From contig CAWKDB010000004.1 of NCBI GenBank assembly GCA_963848295.1, positions 96,001 through 160,000 on the forward strand: a stretch of 64,000 bases of DNA, written 5' to 3'. This DNA is from an uncultured delta proteobacterium (GTDB lineage Bacteria > Myxococcota_A > Polyangia > Haliangiales > Haliangiaceae). The notes below the pieces were generated by a model. The model saw nothing but the letters and a program-made list of their open reading frames with translations. It ran no database searches and was not told the DNA's origin. Positions 45,604 through 54,289 of this stretch are shown piece by piece. The first letter of the stretch is position 1; the number at the start of each line of letters is the position of its first letter. A program made the translations under genes and the position numbers.

Positions 45604-46080
45604 TCAGAACTTCAGGTCGATGTTCTCGACGTCATCGCCACCACACTCGGTATTCGGAAACGTCAGCACCGATGCGGTGATCGCGAGCGAGCCGTGTAGC
45701 GGCTGAGCCATGTCGATTCTTAATGTGAAGCTGCCCTCCGGGACCGCCGTGGCGCCGGCGCGATAGACGCAGCCGCCGTCGCCGATGCGTTGCAGCGCGA
45801 CCGCGCTCCAATCCTCGACGGTCTCCGACGTCAGCTCCCCGGTCACCCCGGCGGGGAGCGCGATCGTCACCGCGAGCATCGTCTGCAGCTGCGCGATCGG
45901 GACGGAGAACTCGAGCGCCGTCCCGGCGAGCGTGGGGCAGTCTGCGACAGCGCTCGAGCTCTCGGCGAAGTTTCCGGAGAATTGCGCAGAACATTGCACG
46001 AACGCGTCGACCGCCGAGTCGGGGGCCGCGTCGTTGTCACCGCATCCGGCGAGCACGGCGAGCATGGTGAGCCACCGCAT
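45604..46080 (-). CDS. Small Cys-containing lipoprotein, unknown; paralog of 61241-61720
   Basis: LAGC-GDN; shares F.GNFAES, CPTL, SETV..W, IGDG.CVY.AG, GSF.L, HG.L, CG and terminal F with the paralog. Confidence 0.8.
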   Translation of the reverse strand: MRWLTMLAVLAGCGDNDAAPDSAVDAFVQCSAQFSGNFAESSSAVADCPTLAGTALEFSVPIAQLQTMLAVTIALPAGVTGELTSETVEDWSAVALQRIGDGGCVYRAGATAVPEGSFTLRIDMAQPLHGSLAITASVLTFPNTECGGDDVENIDLKF

Positions 46081-48395
46081 CACGGCCTCGCGATGTGGAA
46101 AGTGATCGAGTCGGCGAGCGCGGCCGGAAGCTGCGCGTCGTCGATCTCGGGAACGCAATCGTGGTCGCGATCCGACGTCGGTGGGCCGCCGCCGCCTTGG
46201 TCTTTGAGCCGGCCGAGCTCGCCGGTGAGTGCGCGCTCCGCCATCTGCAAGCCGCCGCGCGGCAGGCCGTCGATCACGCTCGTGCATTCGCTCGGCCAGG
46301 CGACCTGCTTGTCGAGGTCGCGATCGTCCCAGCCATCGAGCACGAGCTTATCGAGCCGAGCGAGCCGATCTTCCATCACCAGCTCGAGCGCCTCTTCACC
46401 GGGCCTGGCCGCGACGAGCTCGTAGACATCGCGCAGCGCGCTCTGCAACAACGCGAACCGAAACGGCGTCAGCTCGACGTCATCGACCGGCGCCGGCGTC
46501 GCGGAGTAGACCCGCGCGGCCGGGTCGTAGAACACAGCTTCGACGCGATCGAACACCGCGATCGCTCGATCGCGATAGCGCACGTCGCCGGTCGCGAGGT
46601 AGGCCGCGAACAGGCCGCGGATCGCGGCGGTGTGAGCGTCGAGCGTGTCGGAGTCATCGACCGGTGCGCCCGCGGCGAGGTCCCAGCCGCTCCACGCGCG
46701 CCCCGTCGTGTCGGTGAGGTGATCGAGCAGTAAGCTCGCCTGCGCGCGCAGCAGTTGGTCGATGCGATCGGCGATCGCGAGCGACGGATCGCCGGGGAAG
46801 TTCAACGGCGCGATGTCGAGCGGCGTCGAACGAATCGCGGTGTCCGGTGTGTTGTTCGAGTACAGCTCGAGCTGCGAGCCGAGCGCGCGCAACGCGGTCC
46901 GTAGACCGATCACGGCGTAAGCCACCGACGTTGTCGACACCGTCGTGCCGCGGGCCGGCGCGGCGCCCGCCATCGCGACGTGATCGACGAGCACGCCGGT
47001 CGCAGGATCGGCGTGGATGCGATCGAGGTTGACGAGCGCGACCCGCAAGATCGCGAGCGCGCGATCGTGCAACGTCGCCTCGCCGTCGGCGAGTTGGTCG
47101 TCGGAAGGGAACGGATCGCCGTCGAAGTACGCGCGCGCGGGCTGGGCCCCGCCGACGTCGCGGTTCGCCGTGTCGGTCAACGCGTAGGCCGTCGCGTAGC
47201 CGAGCACGAGGCCGACCGCATCGAGCAGCTCGCTATCGCCGGAAGCGAGCGCGTAGCTCGGCCGGGGAAACCCGCTCGCATCGGCGGTCTCGGTCACCGC
47301 GACCGAAGGAAACCACGTCAGCGGTGCGGTGTAGTCGTAAGCGAGCGCGGCCGAAATGCTCGCGAAGCCGGTCAGCGTCACGCCGTCGCTCGTCGCGAAC
47401 GTGCGCAGCCAATCCTCGGCGCGGTTGTCGGCCTCGACGAGCAGCGTCGCGGCCTGGAAGCCCTCGATCTGGCTCGAGCCGAGGTACGTGCCAGGCGCGC
47501 TGGGCGCGCCGCTCGCGTCGACGCCGACGATCGTGTTGCCCGGGGTGCCGACCGCCGGTAGATCCATCTCGTCGACGCTCGCGACCGCGTTGCCGGTCGA
47601 GTCGTGCATGATCTCGAGGTAGTTCATCACCCACAGCGCCGACTTCCACGTCGCGAAGCCGTCGCCACCGACCGTGACCGTCGGATCGATCTGCGAGGCG
47701 CGATCGCGCAGGTGGAGCGTCGACGCATCGCACTCGTAGTCCGCGACGATCAGGTTTTCGCCTAGCTCGTTCGGGCTGTCGTCCGACGCGATCTGGCATT
47801 GCCGATCCGCGGTCGACGTCGGATCGCTCGCCGGATCGAAGCTCGCGAACACGTGCGCGACCGGCCAGATGCCGGGCCAGCCGAGCTGCTCGGTCGGGAA
47901 CACCCACGTGCCCGAGGCGTTGCTCTCGTCGGCAGCGTGCAGCAACGTCGGTGCGAGCGCCGCGATCGCGGCCGCTCCGGTCGCGCCACCGGGATTGACG
48001 AGCGGCCCGAACACGAGCGACGTGCCGGCGCCGTACTCGAACGCGAGCCCGTTCATCGGCTGCTTCGAGTATTCGTACGACTCGACCGCGGTCGAGAACC
48101 CGGCGAGATCGATCCAATAGAGGCCGTCGGACTCGGCGTAGATGTTCGTCGGCAGGAGGTCGCGGCTGTAGCCGCCGAGCTGACGCCCCATCGCGGTCGC
48201 CAGCGGCTCGCCCGAGATCTGCATCTCCGCGGCGGCGAGCATGTGCTCGCGCGTGACGAATCGCGTGCTCCCGACGGTCGACGTGATCGTCGGCGCCGGC
48301 CCGGCGGCGTCGGTCGCTGCATCACCGCCGGCGTCGTTCGCGATCGCCTGCGGCGTGTGACACGCGGCGAGCGCGAGCACGAGCATCCGGCTCAT
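46080..48395 (-). CDS. Large uncharacterised lipoprotein with probable alpha/alpha-toroid C-terminal half; paralog of 63654-64000
   Basis: LAAC lipobox; helix-hairpin AIRGLFAAYLATGDVRYRDRA..FYDP pattern; C-terminus closely matches the 63654 gene. Confidence 0.8.
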   Translation of the reverse strand: MSRMLVLALAACHTPQAIANDAGGDAATDAAGPAPTITSTVGSTRFVTREHMLAAAEMQISGEPLATAMGRQLGGYSRDLLPTNIYAESDGLYWIDLAGFSTAVESYEYSKQPMNGLAFEYGAGTSLVFGPLVNPGGATGAAAIAALAPTLLHAADESNASGTWVFPTEQLGWPGIWPVAHVFASFDPASDPTSTADRQCQIASDDSPNELGENLIVADYECDASTLHLRDRASQIDPTVTVGGDGFATWKSALWVMNYLEIMHDSTGNAVASVDEMDLPAVGTPGNTIVGVDASGAPSAPGTYLGSSQIEGFQAATLLVEADNRAEDWLRTFATSDGVTLTGFASISAALAYDYTAPLTWFPSVAVTETADASGFPRPSYALASGDSELLDAVGLVLGYATAYALTDTANRDVGGAQPARAYFDGDPFPSDDQLADGEATLHDRALAILRVALVNLDRIHADPATGVLVDHVAMAGAAPARGTTVSTTSVAYAVIGLRTALRALGSQLELYSNNTPDTAIRSTPLDIAPLNFPGDPSLAIADRIDQLLRAQASLLLDHLTDTTGRAWSGWDLAAGAPVDDSDTLDAHTAAIRGLFAAYLATGDVRYRDRAIAVFDRVEAVFYDPAARVYSATPAPVDDVELTPFRFALLQSALRDVYELVAARPGEEALELVMEDRLARLDKLVLDGWDDRDLDKQVAWPSECTSVIDGLPRGGLQMAERALTGELGRLKDQGGGGPPTSDRDHDCVPEIDDAQLPAALADSITFHIARP

Positions 48396-48451
48396 CGCCT
48401 GACGTCGTAGCGCGAACTCGCCGGTGCAGACAACAACGAACTCGGTTGGAG

Positions 48452-49357
48452 CTAATTGTGCGTCAGGTCGGAGTCTTGCGTCGGTGAGATCTGCAAGTAG
48501 ACCTGACCATTCGTGTTGTACTCCGGTTCGACGATGCCGCTCACCGACGTGAACGTCTGCGTCGTGACCGGATTCGCACAGGTGTACGGCATCGCGACGC
48601 CGGTACACGGCAGACAGTACGTGACGTTGTCGTAGAACGTCAGGCCGATCGCGAGTGCCGAGGCGCCGCCGGTAGCCTCGAAGCCATCGTAGGTCGAGCC
48701 GGTCTGCGCCGGCATGCTCATGTCCGTGCACGTCGTCGTGAACTCGGTCGCCTTGATGCTCGACACCGGGAATGACGTGCCGGTGACGTGGACGTAGGAG
48801 CCCGCGTACGCGAGCGCTGCGGGCATCGCGAGCTGATCCTTGGCGATCACGGTGGGCGCGACATCGACGGTCGTGGCCGTCCCCATCTGACCGGACGCGG
48901 TGATCGTCGGTGCATCGAGCTCGAGGTTCGCTTGCGCGCCCGCCGGGGCCGTCCCGAGCAAGAAATTGTCGAACGAACCGGTGACGTTGACGACCGCGCC
49001 GATCGTGAGCCCGTCAATCTCCGCTTGGGTCATCGAGCAGTTCGGGCTCGTCCCGCCGTAGTCGCAGAACAATTGGATGCCGCTGTACTGGCCGCCGCCG
49101 GCGTCTTGCACCCAGACATGGCCGTACTTCTTCGACGAGACGTGCGCGGTAACGACCACGTTCTGCAACGTGACGACCGTCTCGTTCGCCGGCTGATTCA
49201 TGCGAATCGCTTTGATCGTCGTGACGTTCCCCGCGGTGTCGTGGGTGCTGCTGTCGGGACCATGGCCGCTGCTATCGGGCCCGGCATTGCTACCGCCGCC
49301 ACCGCAGGCGGCGAGAGCGAGAGTCGTGATGATGAACGTCTTGGCTGCGATGCGCAC
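48452..49357 (-). CDS. Lipoprotein with OB-fold-like domains of the type attached to extracellular nucleases
   Basis: LAAC lipobox; TIKAIR....VTLQNVVVTA..VWVQD....YSGI..IGAVVNVTG; GGAGG RBS before GTG. Confidence 0.65.
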   Translation of the reverse strand: MRIAAKTFIITTLALAACGGGGSNAGPDSSGHGPDSSTHDTAGNVTTIKAIRMNQPANETVVTLQNVVVTAHVSSKKYGHVWVQDAGGGQYSGIQLFCDYGGTSPNCSMTQAEIDGLTIGAVVNVTGSFDNFLLGTAPAGAQANLELDAPTITASGQMGTATTVDVAPTVIAKDQLAMPAALAYAGSYVHVTGTSFPVSSIKATEFTTTCTDMSMPAQTGSTYDGFEATGGASALAIGLTFYDNVTYCLPCTGVAMPYTCANPVTTQTFTSVSGIVEPEYNTNGQVYLQISPTQDSDLTHN

Positions 49358-49422
49358 GTGAACCTCCCTGAGAGGTGCCGCGCGTATCACGAGGCGATCG
49401 AAACCGTCAGCACGGATCTCGC

Positions 49423-49473
49423 GTTCACCGGGGCGTTATGGGCCGAACGCGTTCGGTTTACCGTTTCTTTATC
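49423..49473 (+). promoter_or_regulatory. 11-bp-periodic direct-repeat array (Pho-box/OmpR-family-like)
   Basis: GTTCACC (49423), CGTTATG (49434), GTTTACC (49456), CTTTATC (49467), all in 11-nt phase. Confidence 0.5.
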
Positions 49474-49545
49474 TTCGACGGAGAACGCCGAGACTACTGT
49501 GCGCGGCGATGTTCCCCACTGGCTCAGTCGTGCTCGCGATCGCTG

Positions 49546-50109
49546 ATGGCCCGCACTCGAGCTAAGATCGCGCTCGGCATCGCGCTCGTCGCTGGCTGTC
49601 GTCATCACGACCGGACCAGCGATGACGCCGTCGTGATCGCGGAGACCAAGACTCCGATCAAGATCGACGGTGAGCTGTCGGAGCCGGACTGGAACGAGGT
49701 CGGTGCGCCGCGGGTGTTCACCGCGAACGGCGGCGAGGCGCGCCCCTACTCGCAGGTTCGCTTGCTGCACGACGCGACCACTCTCTACGTCGGTTTGTAC
49801 GCCGCCGATCAGGATGTGCGCTCGACCGACAAGTTCGAGGTCGCCATAGGGCCACTCCAGCTCGCGGTCACCGCGGCCGGCATCGTGTCGCCCGCGGTGC
49901 CGGGAGTGCGCGCCGGCAAGGACCTCGACGGAACGATCGATCACCCCGACGACGAAGATGAAGAGTGGGTGATCGAGCTCGCGATTCCACTCGCGGCGGC
50001 GGGCCTGGCCAACCCGGATATCGCCGTGCCGTTTCGCGCGTCGCGCTGCGATACGCCAAAGGATGGAGTGGTGCGATGCGGCGAGTGGGCGGCGAACGTT
50101 CGATGGTGA
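49546..50109 (+). CDS. Lipoprotein with CBM9/DOMON-like domain (copy 1)
   Basis: VAGC; PIKIDGELSEPDW, VRLLHD..TLYVG, WVIELAIPL. Confidence 0.75.
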   Translation: MARTRAKIALGIALVAGCRHHDRTSDDAVVIAETKTPIKIDGELSEPDWNEVGAPRVFTANGGEARPYSQVRLLHDATTLYVGLYAADQDVRSTDKFEVAIGPLQLAVTAAGIVSPAVPGVRAGKDLDGTIDHPDDEDEEWVIELAIPLAAAGLANPDIAVPFRASRCDTPKDGVVRCGEWAANVRW

Positions 50110-50741
50110 AGCGTATCGCGCTCGCACTCGGCGCGCTAGCTGCGTGTCATCGCGACGGCGCGACCGCGCCGGATGCTGCGCTCGCGGCGGCCGATGCCAA
50201 CCGCGATGCGCCGATCTCGGACGCGGGCGTCGCGCTGATCGTCGTGCCGGCGACGACCGGGCCGATCGACATCGATGGTGACTGGACCGAGCCCGATTGG
50301 AACCAGCGCGCGGTCCAGCTCGTGTTTACCGACTCCCAGGGTCAGCAGGCCCGGCCGTATTCGGAGGTCCGGCTGCTCCACGACGATACGATGTTGTATC
50401 TCGGGATGTACGCCGCGGACGAAGACATCGAGCTGTCGGATTTCTTCCAGACGTCGCTCGCGTCGCTCGTGTTCCGGATCAACCCGCGCGGCACGGTCGA
50501 GGCGAGCTCCGACGTCGTGAATGCGGCTGCCGAGTACGACGGTACGCTCGACGATCCCGATGACTACGACGAGGAGTGGCTGCTCGAGGCCAGCGTTCCG
50601 CTGTCCGCGATCGGCTTGACCGGCGATGCAGCGATCTCGTTGATCGCGTCGCGCTGCGATGTCACGAAGGATGGCGAGCTGCACTGCGGCGGCGCGATGG
50701 CACCGATCGCGCTCGTCTCGATGACGGCGGGCACCCAGTAG
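50103..50741 (+). CDS. Lipoprotein with CBM9/DOMON-like domain (copy 2)
   Basis: LAAC; PIDIDGDWTEPDW, RPYSEVRLLHD, WLLEASVPL; clear paralog of upstream gene. Confidence 0.75.
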   Translation: MVKRIALALGALAACHRDGATAPDAALAAADANRDAPISDAGVALIVVPATTGPIDIDGDWTEPDWNQRAVQLVFTDSQGQQARPYSEVRLLHDDTMLYLGMYAADEDIELSDFFQTSLASLVFRINPRGTVEASSDVVNAAAEYDGTLDDPDDYDEEWLLEASVPLSAIGLTGDAAISLIASRCDVTKDGELHCGGAMAPIALVSMTAGTQ

Positions 50742-50746
50742 CCCCC

Positions 50747-51748
50747 TCAGGGCGTCGCGTCGCCGGTCACCGTCGCCGCGGGCGTTGCAGCGGCCGGCGC
50801 GGCGGCATGGACCGTCTCTGCATAGTGGCGCACGAAAGCGATCTGATCGATCAGCGATAGACCGAAGGTCTTGCCTTCCGCGATCGCAGCATCGGCCGTC
50901 CAGCCGTCGACCGCGATGCGATAACAGGCGACCGCCGTGCCGGTGCGGCCTTTGCCGGCCTCGCAATGGACGTACGTCGGCGGATGCGCCCGCGCGAACG
51001 AGATGAACTCGTTCATCTGCTCGACCGTCGGCGGGGCGTTGTCGAGGATCTCGCAGTTGTAGTGCTCGATTCCGTACTTATCGGCGAGCGCTTTGTCGTT
51101 CGTGTGCTCGAGGCACAGGCTCACGACGCCGCGTATGCCTTGCGCCTTGAGCGCCTTCATCCCGTCGTCGTCGAGACGCGAGCCGCGATACAGGCCACCA
51201 TCGACTCGCGCTTCGTACGCCTTCACCGGGTACTTGAGCCCGGCGAGCTCGGCGACGCCGAGGATCTCACCGCCGACTTCTTCGACTTGCTCGGCGGCAT
51301 CGAGCAAGCCGTGGCCGATGTCGCCGAAGACACCGCGCTTCTTGTCGTCGGTCGGGGCCGCGATTGGTTCCGTCGGCGCCGCTGTGGGTGCGGCGACAGC
51401 CGGCGCAGACGCCGACGCCGGTGGAGGAGTGGCTGCGGTCGCCGCGGGCATGGCTGCCGTTGCCGCGGGCGCCGTTGCAACGGGCGCGGCTGGCGCTTGC
51501 ATCGCGGCGACGACGGACTGCACGTACCCGTTGCCGAGCTTCTGTTGAAGCAGAAGCAGCAGCGCGTCATGGTCCGCAGGGAAGCTGTTGACGATCGACG
51601 CGGTGAGAGAGGGCTCGGGAAGGCCCGGATGCGTTCGCAAGAAGTAGCTCAGCACGGCCACGCCGGCTCCGACCTTGGGCTCGGGCGCGTGCTGTTGCAG
51701 CGAGTCGCCGACCGGTGCAGCTGTGGTCGCGACGTCGAGCGAGGACAT
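50747..51748 (-). CDS. Cys-dependent (PTP/dual-specificity) phosphatase with long N-terminal extension
   Basis: HCEAGKGRTG (HCx5R); LYRGS; Ala/Pro linker. Confidence 0.88.
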   Translation of the reverse strand: MSSLDVATTAAPVGDSLQQHAPEPKVGAGVAVLSYFLRTHPGLPEPSLTASIVNSFPADHDALLLLLQQKLGNGYVQSVVAAMQAPAAPVATAPAATAAMPAATAATPPPASASAPAVAAPTAAPTEPIAAPTDDKKRGVFGDIGHGLLDAAEQVEEVGGEILGVAELAGLKYPVKAYEARVDGGLYRGSRLDDDGMKALKAQGIRGVVSLCLEHTNDKALADKYGIEHYNCEILDNAPPTVEQMNEFISFARAHPPTYVHCEAGKGRTGTAVACYRIAVDGWTADAAIAEGKTFGLSLIDQIAFVRHYAETVHAAAPAAATPAATVTGDATP

Positions 51749-51855
51749 GAGCGATCATAGGCGGTCCGAACTACGGATTGCACTGTGTTTATCGGTTTTT
51801 TACGAACCAGCGGTTGTGGGGCATCCGTAACGTCGCTGTGCTCGTGCTCGGGCTC

Positions 51856-53094
51856 ATGCGGTGGCTGCGATTGACGGTGAGGTTGCTAACGGTCGAGGCG
51901 TTGCGTTCCCTCGCGCGCAACAAGATGCGTGCGGCGTTGGCGATCATCGGAATCGCGAGCGGCGTCGCGACCGTGATCCTCGTCGTGGCGATCGGGACTG
52001 CCGGGAAGAACGCCGCGATCAGCGCGTTCGAGGCCCTCGGCGATAACCTGGTGTGGGTCGAGGCCGGATCGCGCAATGCGGCCGGGGTTCGAACCGGCAC
52101 GCACGGGATGACGACCTTGGTTCCGGCGGATGCCGCCGCGATCCGTGACCAAGCGCCGCTGATCGCCAAGGTTTCCGAGAACCTCGATGGTCACGTCCAG
52201 GTCGTGGGCGAGGCGGCCAACTGGAACACTCAGTTTCGCGGCGTCTCGCCGGACTACCCTGCGATCCGTCGTTGGGTCGTCGCACGCGGGGCGTTCTTCA
52301 CGACCGACGATGTCGAACGCGCGACCACCGTCGTGGTGATCGGCGACACCGTGAGGCGCGAAGTGTTCGGCTCGTTCGACCCGATCGGCGCGCGACTGCG
52401 AATCGCGTCGTCCTCGTTCACCGTGATCGGCGTGCTCGAGCCGAAGGGCTTCTCGGCGAGCGGCCAGGACCAAGACGACACGATCATGATGCCTTGGACG
52501 ACGGTTCGAAATCGCATCGTCGGCAAGTCGACCGTGTGGCTCGATGACATCTTGTGCTCGGCGGTGTCGACCGATCAGATCGTCGCGGCCGGCAGGCAGG
52601 TGGCCGAGCTCCTGCGCGACCGCCACCACATCGCAGTCGACGGTGACGACGACTTCAACATTCGTCACCCCGAGGAGCTGCTGCGCGCGAAGCTGTCCGC
52701 CGCGCAGACGCTCCAGCTGTTGTTGCTCCTGATCGCGTCACTCGCGTTGCTCGTCGGCGGTATCGGGATCATGAACGTGATGCTCGCATCGGTCGCGCAG
52801 CGGACGATGGAGATCGGGATCCGCATGGCGATCGGCGCTCGGCCATCGGCGATTCGAGCGCAGTTCCTCGGCGAAGCGGTGATGCTCTCGGTCGTCGGCG
52901 CCGCGCTCGGCTTGGTCGCAGGCATCTGGGCCACACCTCGCGTCGCGGCGGCGTTGGGTTGGCCGATCGCGATGTCGCCGCGCGCCGACGAGGTGGCATG
53001 CGCGTTCTCGCTCGCCGTCGGTGTGGCGTTCGGCCTCTACCCGGCGTCGCGCGCTGCGCGACTTGATCCGATCCATGCACTACGGCTCGAATAG
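51856..53094 (+). CDS. MacB/FtsX-family ABC transporter permease
   Basis: RNKMRAAL..GI..GV, GGIGIMNVML.SV.QRT.EIGIRMAIGA, QFLGEA, YPASRAARLDPI.ALR.E. Confidence 0.92.
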   Translation: MRWLRLTVRLLTVEALRSLARNKMRAALAIIGIASGVATVILVVAIGTAGKNAAISAFEALGDNLVWVEAGSRNAAGVRTGTHGMTTLVPADAAAIRDQAPLIAKVSENLDGHVQVVGEAANWNTQFRGVSPDYPAIRRWVVARGAFFTTDDVERATTVVVIGDTVRREVFGSFDPIGARLRIASSSFTVIGVLEPKGFSASGQDQDDTIMMPWTTVRNRIVGKSTVWLDDILCSAVSTDQIVAAGRQVAELLRDRHHIAVDGDDDFNIRHPEELLRAKLSAAQTLQLLLLLIASLALLVGGIGIMNVMLASVAQRTMEIGIRMAIGARPSAIRAQFLGEAVMLSVVGAALGLVAGIWATPRVAAALGWPIAMSPRADEVACAFSLAVGVAFGLYPASRAARLDPIHALRLE

Positions 53095-53183
53095 TTGTCG
53101 CCAACTGTTGGTTCAGTCCTCACATGTAGGACAAGCGATTACCGGCGTGACCTATATATTGGTGTCTTTATCTTTGGTATTCG

Positions 53184-53201
53184 GTGACTTGTTAGTGACA
53201 G
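53184..53201 (-). promoter_or_regulatory. Pho-box-like 18-mer
   Basis: Minus strand CTGTCAC-TAAC-AAGTCAC, close to the PhoB box pattern CTGTCAY-N4-CTGTCAY, in an AT-rich spacer upstream of a phosphoesterase. Confidence 0.5.
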
Positions 53202-53255
53202 GTCAGTGGATTTGACTTGAACGATTCGATCGAGCGCGCCTAACGTGCGCCGGTC

Positions 53256-54203
53256 ATGTCGTTCGATAAGATGCACCGCTTGCTGATTCCGTGCTTACTC
53301 GCGGCTGCTTGCAGCTCGGCTCCGCATGGCGATGGGGTCGGCTCTGACGCGAAACCGCCGTCCGACGCCAAGGGCGACAGTGGTACGACGACATCGCCGA
53401 TGTTGTTCAAGTTCGGAATCGTCGGGGACACGCGGCCGGCCAACGAGGACGACACCCCGCACTATCCGACCACGATCATCACGAAGATCTGGGCCGACAT
53501 CGCCGCGGCGTCGTGCGACTTCGCGGTCAGCACCGGCGACTACCAGTTCTCGAGCCCGACTGGGAGTCAGGCAGGCGCGCAGCTCGATCTCTATGTCGCC
53601 GCCCGACAGCAATTCTCGAAACCACTGTATCCGGCGATGGGCAATCACGAGTGTACCGGCTATACCGACTCGAACTGCGGTACCGGCAACGCCGACGGCA
53701 TCACGAACAACTACACCGCGTTCACGTCGAGGCTGCTCGACCCGATCGGCCAGACCAAGCCGTATTACGTCGTGAGCTTCGCGGCTCCGGACCAATCGTG
53801 GACCGCGAAGCTCGTCGTCATCGCGGCGAACGCGTGGGACAGCGCGCAGTCTGCCTGGCTCGACACCGCGCTGTCACAGATGACGACGTATACGTTCATC
53901 GTGCGCCACGAGGATTCGTACGCGAACACCGCCCCGGGCGTGACGCCGTCCGACACGATCATCGCGAAGTACCCCTACACGCTGAAGATCTTCGGTCACA
54001 CGCATACGTACGCGCACTACCCGAGCGAACACGACGTGATCTGTGGCAACGGCGGCGCGCCGCTGACGTCGGGCACGAACTATGGCTACGGGATCGTCGA
54101 GTTGCTCGCGGACGGCAAGGTCCAGTTCACCGACTACGACTATTCGAACGACTCGGTCATTGACCAATTTCGCCTCAACGCTGACGGGTCTTCGGCGCCG
54201 TGA
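53256..54203 (+). CDS. Lipoprotein metallophosphoesterase (calcineurin-like)
   Basis: AAAC; GDTR, TGD, GNHE, GHTH motifs. Confidence 0.88.
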   Translation: MSFDKMHRLLIPCLLAAACSSAPHGDGVGSDAKPPSDAKGDSGTTTSPMLFKFGIVGDTRPANEDDTPHYPTTIITKIWADIAAASCDFAVSTGDYQFSSPTGSQAGAQLDLYVAARQQFSKPLYPAMGNHECTGYTDSNCGTGNADGITNNYTAFTSRLLDPIGQTKPYYVVSFAAPDQSWTAKLVVIAANAWDSAQSAWLDTALSQMTTYTFIVRHEDSYANTAPGVTPSDTIIAKYPYTLKIFGHTHTYAHYPSEHDVICGNGGAPLTSGTNYGYGIVELLADGKVQFTDYDYSNDSVIDQFRLNADGSSAP

Positions 54204-54289
54204 CCAAGACGCGGGCCGATCATAAAGAGTTGGCCAGCGTCGCGTTGCTACTCGACATCTCGAAGCCGATTCCTCTACGGTTCGCCGCG

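Noticed and set aside
53095..53180. AT-rich spacer with small palindromes (CCAAC-T-GTTGG; GTCCT-N7-AGGAC) as sRNA or mobile-element end
   Set aside because: Stems too short and no transposase or target duplication; treated as promoter DNA
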